Shown here in pieces: positions 12,031 through 21,074 of a stretch of DNA of 64,000 bases. The stretch lies in NCBI GenBank assembly GCA_004022145.1, contig RCNU01000001.1; one strand, given 5' to 3'. The notes beneath the pieces were generated by a model. The model searched no databases and was not told where the DNA came from. It saw nothing but the letters and a program-made list of their open reading frames with translations. A program made the position numbers and the translations under genes. Each line of letters opens with the position of its first letter. The first letter of the stretch is position 1. Source of the stretch: Paecilomyces variotii. Its lineage: Eukaryota.

Positions 12031-14403
12031 ATGTCTGAGACGTCATCAATCAGAGTCACCGAATTCACTGTCGGCTGGATTTGCGCTCTGACGGACGAGT
12101 TTATCGCAGCCCGACAGATGCTAGATGAGATTTATACAATTAAAATTGCCAAGTCACATCTGGATGAAAACGTCTACACATGCGGGCGGATTGGGAGACA
12201 TCGGGTTGTGATCGCCTCCCTACCACAAGGTCGTTATGGTCAAGCATCCACTTTCAAAGTGGCATCAGGGATGATGACTACATTTCCATCAATTAAAATT
12301 AGTCTGCTAGTCGGAATTGGCGGCGGAGCGCCAAACTTGAACGTCGAGGGCAGGGATATACGGCTCGGCGACATTGTTGTCGGAACTGCTGTGCTTCAGT
12401 ATACTTCCGGGAAGCGAACACACCACGGACTCGAGAACTTTTACCCTGTCCGTTACATGGATAGTAACCTTCTCGGTCATTCGCAAATTCTCGAAGCGCA
12501 TATTTTCGAAGATAAGCTAAACCTCCAGAGAGCTGCAGAGGAAATGATCAAGAAAACAGGCAAGGCCAAGTTTCAACGCCCTGACCCAGAATCGGACCGT
12601 CTTTACGAATCGGATTACGTTCATGCAGGTAAAGCTTGTGACTGCTTGGGCATTCATTCTAAATGTCAATCCCATGTGGTCGATAGAGAGCCACGTGAAG
12701 AGAACGAGCTGGTTCAAGTTCACGTCGGCAAAATCGGTTCCGCCGATCAAGTCATGAAAGACGCCAGTACACGAGACCAGCTTACCAACGCTCACGACAT
12801 CATATGCTTCGAAATGGAATGCGCTGCTCTGGTGGACAACTTGCGTTGCATAACTATTCGTGGAATATGCGATTATTCGGATTCACACAAGAACGACCGA
12901 TGGCACGGATATGCGGCTGCTGTTGCTGCTGTCTACGCTAAAGCTCTGCTAGAAATCATGCCTTCCTTGGAGGTAGAAGGTCCCCGGGGCATTACTCAGC
13001 AGATTCAGGAATCGATCGATAACGTTGCCAAGAGAGTAACAGAACTAGAGGGACAGGGTGGTCAAAAGGACAAGCTCAGGATCACGGAGGAAGCGGTCGA
13101 GTCCCTTCGAGATGGGATCAACTTGATTGAAAAAGAGCAACAGGAGCTATTGGATACACATCTAGACCACTCTGATCAACTACGCGAAATGCAGGAACAA
13201 CATAGACAGTTATGCGAATCTCTACAAGGGTTGGATCAAATCATCGATCAGCGGATAGCTGCTAGTACGGACGAGCTCAGACAAGAGTGGCAGACTCTAA
13301 AGGACAATGTGGAGGACCAATCTTCGAGACTGGAAACATTACGAAGAGGGTTTGCTCATTGTTCTCGGGCAATTGAAGATACATCATCTGTGTTACGAAT
13401 AATTGGTGATACGATAGGGAATAAAGGAGTTAGCGATGCTGGAAAGATAACGGGAGGGATAAACAACGTCCTTCAAGACACCATTTCTGGAAACGCTCGC
13501 TCAAAGTCCCCTGGACACGCACCGACGCAGCCTAAATTGAATGGTGGAGATAGAGCAACCGACCATCTACATCAGCTCTTACCTCCAAAGGATGTTTTCT
13601 CGAAGAGCAACCTTCGTTTGAAGAATTTCCTAAAGTCAGCAACATCTATCACTATCAGACGATCTGGGCATAGCGGAAGAGAAGATTCGCAAATCCAGAC
13701 AGGCGGTACCATTCCGAGGATCGAAAACCAATATTCGCCTCGATCTTCTCCATATATTCTCAGTCCAGCAGATGTATCAATTCGCTCGTCGCTCTCTTTA
13801 TCTTCTCATATTTCGACTGATCGTGCCTCAGAACGACGTACATATCATGGAGCCATGAACGGCAATGCCGAGAATGGACAGAGTCCAAGAAATTCTGTTG
13901 AATTCTTCCAACCACGAAGGAAGCAGCTGACGGAGCTAACCGATCATTCCACAAAGGTCCGCGATGAAAATCCAGGTAGACCAACAAGGACTCCTCCTTC
14001 GTGGTCGACTGGCAGAAAGCCATCAGCCCGCCAACCCCTGACCCCACAAATTCGACGAGATCGCCCGGAGGTTCAACAAATCAACATGAATGCACGGACA
14101 ACAAGGACAAGTATAGAAAGCTCTTCCTCTTCCTCGAGGTGGCAACAAACAAGCCACTCGTCCATCAACGAAGCTACGAATGGGGTGTTGTCAAGCTATA
14201 CGCCGCGCGCACCAGGCTCCAGATACAGTTCAACGAGGCAAACCCAGGGAGCGGTGGATGCGAATCGTCGCCATCCTCCAGATGAGACATACCAGGCCGA
14301 AGCTGAACCCACTCCCTCTTTCGCGAAGAGACGAGAGTTTTTTGAGCAAATGCAAGATGATAGAAGACCATCGCTATATCGGGGAGACTCGCCGAATACC
14401 TAG
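12031..14403 (+). CDS. PNP_UDP_1 (Pfs/nucleoside phosphorylase) domain protein with coiled-coil and disordered C-terminus
   Basis: Motifs FTVGWICAL, LLVGIGGGAP, DIRLGDIVV, CFEMECAAL and IRGICDYSDSHKNDRWHGYAA are typical of fungal PNP_UDP domains. First ATG in frame is at 12031. Intronless. Confidence 0.88.
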   Translation: MSETSSIRVTEFTVGWICALTDEFIAARQMLDEIYTIKIAKSHLDENVYTCGRIGRHRVVIASLPQGRYGQASTFKVASGMMTTFPSIKISLLVGIGGGAPNLNVEGRDIRLGDIVVGTAVLQYTSGKRTHHGLENFYPVRYMDSNLLGHSQILEAHIFEDKLNLQRAAEEMIKKTGKAKFQRPDPESDRLYESDYVHAGKACDCLGIHSKCQSHVVDREPREENELVQVHVGKIGSADQVMKDASTRDQLTNAHDIICFEMECAALVDNLRCITIRGICDYSDSHKNDRWHGYAAAVAAVYAKALLEIMPSLEVEGPRGITQQIQESIDNVAKRVTELEGQGGQKDKLRITEEAVESLRDGINLIEKEQQELLDTHLDHSDQLREMQEQHRQLCESLQGLDQIIDQRIAASTDELRQEWQTLKDNVEDQSSRLETLRRGFAHCSRAIEDTSSVLRIIGDTIGNKGVSDAGKITGGINNVLQDTISGNARSKSPGHAPTQPKLNGGDRATDHLHQLLPPKDVFSKSNLRLKNFLKSATSITIRRSGHSGREDSQIQTGGTIPRIENQYSPRSSPYILSPADVSIRSSLSLSSHISTDRASERRTYHGAMNGNAENGQSPRNSVEFFQPRRKQLTELTDHSTKVRDENPGRPTRTPPSWSTGRKPSARQPLTPQIRRDRPEVQQINMNARTTRTSIESSSSSSRWQQTSHSSINEATNGVLSSYTPRAPGSRYSSTRQTQGAVDANRRHPPDETYQAEAEPTPSFAKRREFFEQMQDDRRPSLYRGDSPNT

Positions 14404-14731
14404 TATTTCGTCGGCGATAAACTTATTACTAAGGTGTTTTGTAACATTATATTCTTGTAATCCAGTTATTCAGATGTTCTTTAACGATGGACTTCGTCTC
14501 TCCATATTTGAATATAGATCCGACTCTTAGTTAAGTAGTAATTACTCAGGACTTCTGCTTAGATCCGGGGAACCAGTCTCCCCCGCCCACACGGGAGGTT
14601 CTACAGATGGTTTGCATGCGAAGTCATCTCTGTAAATAATAGACTCCGCTGTTTTCATGTATATCATTCGAAAGGGAATCTCAAAATCTTTTCTCGAGCG
14701 GTTGCGTTACGCTGTGATTCTTTATGGAATT

Positions 14732-15919
14732 CTAATTACCCGCAGTTTTATCTGTGGTAATTTCGCCATCTGCTTTGCGCTTCTTCGCTATTCTTTTACT
14801 GCGACGCCTGTGTTCCCCGAAGCGCCTGCAGGCGATGCACTGTCCGTCGTCGTCAAAATAGTGCTCATCCCTAGATCAAGTGGGCATTCAACATTAGATA
14901 TTGTTCCCGTCGACATGATTACACAATGAAAGTAGAACTTACAGCTCTATCTCGCAGTTTTCGTGCGGCACGTTATCCCAGCAACCATCACAGCTACTTA
15001 TGCGATAGGTACAATCATTCAGGGCGGAAGTATGAAGGTTGTACCAGTTGTCAAACAGAGTCCCTTGGAACTTTGGACCTTGAGATGATCCATGTTCCAA
15101 GTTCCTCCCAACGGGCGTGAATTCTGCATCAGTGTCCTTGTCCACTGATACACGTTTGATGCTGACTGGAGGGCCGTAATCGACTTTATCTACCCACACC
15201 CACTCCACGCCATCCTCAAGCATATCTTCTTCATCGAGGTCTTCGTATAAACACGTCTCCATGGCCGGAGTCACATCCTGATCAAAGCGCACGAAGAAGA
15301 GTCCGTTCTGCTGAATATCTTCCCATGACCGACATTCCTTGGGAACAACAATGATAAAGCTGCGGTACCTCCTATCATATGGATGTAGATTCTCTCTCCA
15401 AAATTGAGGTGCACAGCACCAAGAGGGAACGATATGCGGTAGAGGCTCTTTCCCTCTTAGATTGAGGACTGCCTCCTGTGCAGCCTCCGCGACATCCTCT
15501 TCATCCATGCCAGCTGCTCTGGCAGTTGCTTCTGCGGCTGACGCTACCTCTCGATGTAGGTCATGGACAGCCTGTCGTCGGTAGATCTTCTCACGCCGAT
15601 GATGCTGTATGCACTCATCAATACTGTCTAAAGGCGCATATACGTCTATGCGCGGCCAGTAATTCCGCATATTGCCCGCCTCGCATATGGCCTCGCTCTG
15701 TAATAAATTCTTTCCAACCTCGCAGGGGCTAGGAACCAGGTCGTTGAAGCAGTATAGGTGGATGCTTAGCTTACAGATAGCCGAGGAAGGGGGACGCGTG
15801 CCGCCGACAACGGTGTAAGGTCGACCGGCATGATCATTGAACTGGTGAGCTTCGACCTCGACCTTCCTTGGACCCCTGCCACCGGTACTTTTGCGTGCTG
15901 TCTGTTTGGTGCGCGCCAT
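14732..15919 (-). CDS. Non-histone protein with histone H3 N-terminal tail, C-terminal Cys/His cluster and NLS (~371 aa)
   Basis: ATG at 15919 gives MARTKQTARKSTGGRGPRK. The ORF 'stop' lies inside a GTAAGT donor (intron 14871-14942, branch CTAAT, acceptor TAG). Exon 2 reads LDEHYFDDDGQCIACRRFGEHRRRSKRIAKKRKADGEITTDKTAGN*. Confidence 0.8.
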
Positions 15920-16835
15920 GCTGGAACTGGAGGTATAAAAAGAGAAGTAGCTGGCTTGCGCTCGCAACACTGCTTGGCGCTAAGTACCTAAGTAGTGACT
16001 TTCCACAATGATAAACTCAAAAACACATATTGAATCAACAGTCACAATAAAGGAAGCACATGTGCTGATTCAGAGCAAGATAGAGAGTCGTATACTCTTA
16101 TTTCTTCTCTATCAACATATACTCTCCTCTTTTGGAAAACTAGAAGCCCTGAGGCTTTACTGCCTGCTTGGCGGCCGCTGCTGCCTAGACAGATCTTCAC
16201 TTCAGTGTTAATAATCTGCGAGTCAAATCCTAGAGTGAGAAGGAAAACAACAAATGGAAGGTAAACTTGAGACAGATTCAGACCACCGCACCTGAAATGA
16301 GAAGGAAAGAATAAAACTAAAAGTACTGTCTGGCTTTTGCCTTTAAATATAGCATTGCCCTAGCAAGCATAAGCAATTTGGTAAGATCACTGAGGCACTG
16401 AATTGCTGGCCTAGATCTCAGATCTCAACTATTACATAGAGGGGTTGAGGTAAGGGTAAATATGCTCTCAATACTTGCACCTCGCGGGCGATCGTCGGGA
16501 CGCACTCTCTTACATTATATGTGATAGGTCTATAGTTGTTGAGATATTCAGGTTTAAAGAATAGCTATGTTGTATGTGAGACGGCACTGGCCAGGTCGCC
16601 CGGGAAATACGTTAATCTGTTAAGAGACTTGAAACTCCATAACGCCCTCGCTCATCAATCATAACTTCGTGGCCGCATATCACCAAACACAATCGTCCAA
16701 TGCCCATAATCAATATATAGGCATGAGAAAAGGAAGAAAACACAAGCAGAAATGCTAACAATACCCGAGATTCCAAATAAGGAAAGGAAAAAGCATAGAC
16801 AAGGGCATCACAAGTAATCATGGACGACAGTGCAA

Positions 16836-19326
16836 TTAGTCGCCGCGGTACTCGACACTTGCAGCATCGAAGACTCCCTTCTGTCTCTCCTGGCCACTGA
16901 CATGGTCTGGTTTCACGTATCGTGCTGTCAAAGCGAATCGAAGCTTCTTCTCTTTGTCCGGCTGAACGGCATGCTAGTGACGGGTTAGTGTGCTCTTCAT
17001 TGCCAAATATATTTAGTGTCTTACCTCGTAGTACTTCTGCAAGTTCTCACCGTGCATCACAACAAAGTCACCATGATGGATGCTCATCTTGATAAAGGTT
17101 GGAGGTTCTCGTCGTTTGTCGATCAGAGCTCTTCGCTGTTGTGCGTACGCCTCCTCTGTGATCTCTCCTCTCATGCGCTGGTCCTTAAGGATTGCTCTCT
17201 TGTCGTGCTGACAGCAGTGATCCAGTACAGGGTCCTCGGCAATCAGATTCTTGAGTTTGCTGCAACCGTAGTAGTATTTATACTTCATCCGGATACTCAT
17301 TGTCGCTTTCGCGCCGAGAGAGAGTGTCGCAATTGTCGGCCCAAGTGATGACTCTCCATCATCATGAAACTGGGACAAGGTTAGTCATAGCCTAGATGTG
17401 GTCTAGAGCGTACCTACTCCGATGGCCATGTCTTCGAAGTATCCTAGCATGAGAAGCTCGTTCGGGTGCAGCACAGAGCCTCCAGCAGCAGAAACAGCTT
17501 GCTCAGTCGCCCAGGTTAAGCGTCCTAGAGCGTTCATGATCTCAGGAGGCGCTTCATCGAATCCCTTGGAGTCAACCGAAACCACGTATTTGTACGGCAT
17601 GCCCTGGAGTAGTCTCTGGGTCAGCAAGCGGCCAAAGAGATTCCAGGTAAAGACGTACGTAGTTCACCGCGAAGTGAGAGGTCAGTGTACCTGCAACTTC
17701 TCGCGTATCAATGTCAGTGAACACAAAATTAAAACAGTAAGAATTGCACTTACCAACACTCTGCTGCAGGGGATATCGCCGCAAGCCGACATCCGCCACC
17801 TGTAGCTGCCGGAATAGGTCGTTCGGCCCATCTGGACGCGCTGTGGCCGCCTTGTTTGCAACGAAATGGGTGATAGTACCAACCCCATTCAGCGTATACG
17901 TGACTCGAGTGTAGTACGGAGCCAATGAACCTTTATCGACGTTTACCAGTGCATACCTGGAGTCGGCAAGGATAGCGCGTTGAACAGGACCGAGTTCGAA
18001 GTCATCAGAGACGGATCTTAACGAGATCGGTGCCATCCTCATCGTTTTCTCAAAGGTGCAGACTCCTGAAGGAGCTGCGTGGCGCTGGTCGATAGCGTCA
18101 GAGCACTTCCACCCCTTCCAGAACTTCCTGGAGATGCACTTTTTGCATTGCGGACACACGATGCCTTTCCAGGCCATGCGAGAATAGGTGGCGTCTGCAT
18201 CGTCTTCAGGAATCGTGGACAGGAGATCCGGAACAAGGCTATGTTCTGGTTGGGCCGTCGGATCAGGAGGGGTGCGTGAATTAAGGAAGTCGGGATGGTA
18301 GGTAAGGTTGGCAGGGGCGGGAGAACCGTTGAGCGTCCAGAACCGTGCGCAGGTCGAGTAAAGGCACATCCAGCCTTCGTTGAATATACGGAGGCTGTGG
18401 TGCGAGCACTCCGCGCACTGGATGCTTTCAGGCCGCGTGCTGAAATCGCGCGGCCACGCGGGAGCGGGGGTGCCCGGGGCTGCCCACCAGCTCTTCTCCG
18501 CCAGATCGACTTTCTCGAAACGGATCTTGGCCCCTTTTTTGCCGCCGACCTTCTCATACCATATGTTCGTGATTCGGAAGAAGGCCATCACGTTGTAACG
18601 GTGTGGGAGTTTCCTCCCAAGGACCGTGTTTCGGTCACCTGAAGGACGTCAGCAGATGTCAGGGGTCATGATGACTGTCAAAGCTATATATACCGATTAC
18701 AATCCCGACCGGCAGGCCGATCCTCCGGCTGTTCTCCAGAGCCCGGAACGCAGGCCCCTGCCCGTCCTGGTCTTTTATAGGGACCAGGTTCCCCTCCGCG
18801 TCCCTCTCGCACCCACCACCACTGTGAAGCAAGTTAGCAACTGTAGCAAAACTGATTTTGCAAGGAGACATACATCCTGGTGATGAGGATCTCCTCATCT
18901 ATATACGAGCGGACCCCGCTGTCCGCGTCCACCAGACAACCCCAGCACAGCTCGTCCCTGTAGTATATACCTCCCTGTAACGAACGGAACCAGGGCAGAG
19001 CATCGCAGAGGTCTGGTCGACTCTGGAGAAATGTCTTGTTAGTGAACGCTATCACGAAGACGGACTAGGCACTAACCTCTGCCCATGCTGGGGGCTGCCC
19101 GTGGACGGGCGCGGGGTCTTCCCCTCCCTTGGCGATTGCCGCAGCCGCTGCGGCGGAGACTGTAAATATTAGCAAATATTCAAAGCTAACTAGCATATCT
19201 GATGGATGAGCTTGAAATAGAGTGTAAGGACGATCACTTACCCCCTTTGCGGGCAGGTCTCGCCCGGGTTATACGGCCGGCGAGAACAGGGCCGGCGGCC
19301 TCCACTTGGCTAGTCTTCCTAGCCAT
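16836..19326 (-). CDS. Fungal AlkB-like 2OG-Fe(II) dioxygenase with N-terminal SAD/SRA-like region and Cys clusters
   Basis: Nine exons, with introns at about 19160-19241, 19023-19076, 18822-18873, 18639-18693, 17697-17753, 17604-17658, 17370-17417 and 16974-17024. The HxD motif is FHDDGE, the distal His is in QKYYEHAV, and the terminal motif is RFALTAR. Cys clusters are CAEC..C..C and CPQC..C. The N-terminal GQPPAWAE..LCDALPWFRSLQGG..ITRIGGG region resembles the SRA-like module. The start at 19326 is tentative. Confidence 0.85.
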
Positions 19327-19424
19327 CTTATCGGGAGGCGTCTATAATCCGCCGAGGAAGGGTCTGGTCAGATGCAATCGTAAGGATTGTGAGAACTCTC
19401 GGAAGGTTAAGCACAGGACAGGAG

Positions 19425-19725
19425 GAGATTCAGGGAAGAATAACAGGAGCAGGGGAAAGAGAGGCGTGGCCAAGGACAGTACGAGTTCAGGGAGAAGATA
19501 CGTGCAGGGACAGAACCAGTCCAAGAAGAGGAGTAGTTCAAGGACAGGAGTCAGAGACACAAGTCAGGGGCAATAGTGCGGGAACAGGACGAGTCTAGAG
19601 ACAGAGATAGTTCGGGGACAGAAGTAAGCAGGAACAGAGGTAGTGCACGTATAGAAGTAGTCCAGGGACAGACGTGGTTCATGGATCGAAGTCAGAGACA
19701 GGAGTAAATCCAGGTACAGAAGTCA
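19425..19725. repeat. Degenerate 17-bp tandem repeat (consensus about GTYCAGGGACAGAAGTA)
   Basis: Successive units include ggccaaggacagtacga / gttcagggagaagatac / gtgcagggacagaacca / gtccaagaagaggagta and gtgcgggaacaggacga / gtctagagacagagata / gttcggggacagaagta ... gtccagggacagacgtg. Confidence 0.7.
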
Positions 19726-21010
19726 AGGCCAGTGATTCAGGAACGGCAGAAGTGCGAGTATAAGATGTGTCTCGATCTGGAGCGGCTATCTGTGTGAATA
19801 GGCAGGTTCTGCAGTCACGCAAGGTCTACCGAAGCACGCAGTTCTGTATGAGCACGCGTCCGTGATCGCACAGTTCTCACAGGTTCTGAAGTTTCCCAAG
19901 ACAGACAGTGTGTATACAGGAAGTTTCAATGTAGAAATCGAGGACAAGTCAGTGCTGGAAGGAGAGATGATAGTAGACGTGCATGTGAAGGGTGATACTA
20001 GTGCTGGATAGGGGATGTGCTGTTGGGAGAGATCTGCTGCTCGCAACTGGACCGGGAGAAAGAAAGGGAAGAAGAGAGAAAGAGAATGGGGTGCGAACGG
20101 GGGGTTTAATAGACGCGTGGGATCAGTCACTTTCAAGCACGTGCTTGGATGCTGTCCGTCACTGAGGAAAGGGGAAGCGAAGACACAGTGACGCGAAGGA
20201 GGGGTGTGAGTGGAGTGCAAGTGACGTGAAATTGTGGTTGAATCCAATCCTGCCAGGGTGGAGAGCTTTTCAGCATCTCGCCCTGCTTGTGAAGATGGGG
20301 ACTGCTGGCATAAGGGGGGCAACAATTGACGAGTTTGCGAAATCAGACTCACCTCCCTGCACCCAAAGTCAACAATTGCACAGTCTGGTTGATCACCCCG
20401 TTCAACAGGAGGGTATCGCTTCATTGACTTACCTGTATATATAAAAATAAAATAAAATAAAAAAGGTGTGTATATAAAAAAAATATAAAAAAAAAAGAAG
20501 AGAAAAGAAAAAAGACAAGGCAAGCCGGGAGGGCCCTTCGGAGGGCAGCGCAGCCCGGCGGTATATAGGATACCCACACCACCTTTCTCCCACCCACCCA
20601 AGTCGGGTATCCACTCGAGAACCTATGCAGACTCACCGGTCAGCTTCTTTCAGATATATCTCGCCATTCTCGCGTTCGATTCCCAGGAAGGAAACCTGCT
20701 CATGCGCGCGGCCCACCGTGCCTCGTCTCGGTCTGTGCCGATACCCGCGCAGTAGACGAGAACCACCAGCAATGGAGACAAACGATGGGAAATCATATCA
20801 CTTACCAGTGTATAATAGGTATTTATACCTATTTTCAAGATATATTATATAAAGACGTTGGCAGGAAAAGAAAAGAGAAAGAGAAAGAGAAAAAAAGAGA
20901 AGCAGGAAGAAGAAAGGAAGAAGAAGCTTTATATACCAACGGAGTTTGCCTCACGTCTCAGGTACCGCAGGAGAAGGGTATATATACTGGGGATATATTC
21001 CCCAGGCGAA

Positions 21011-21074
21011 TGGAGTCGGCAAGGATAGCGCGCTGATCAGGACCGAATTCGAAGTCGTCAGAAACGGATCTCAA
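21011..21074. repeat. 64-nt direct copy of AlkB coding sequence 17958-18021
   Basis: Ungapped alignment by eye gives 58/64 identity. Confidence 0.9.

Noticed and set aside
13425-13452. Walker A in the PNP protein (GVSDAGKI)
   Set aside because: It lacks the S/T after GK and has no preceding hydrophobic strand or Walker B, and it is followed by disordered sequence.
14939-15970. Calling this gene histone H3 or CENP-A
   Set aside because: Similarity ends at residue 18. There is no KPHRYRPG or histone-fold sequence, and the protein is about 371 aa.
19425-19725. CRISPR-like array
   Set aside because: The units are degenerate and abutting with no unique spacers, the context is eukaryotic, and there are no cas genes.
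19786-20601. 271-aa minus-strand ORF as a real gene
   Set aside because: It has a non-ATG start, translates T-rich low-complexity tracts (poly-F), has no recognisable domain and contains splice-donor signals.
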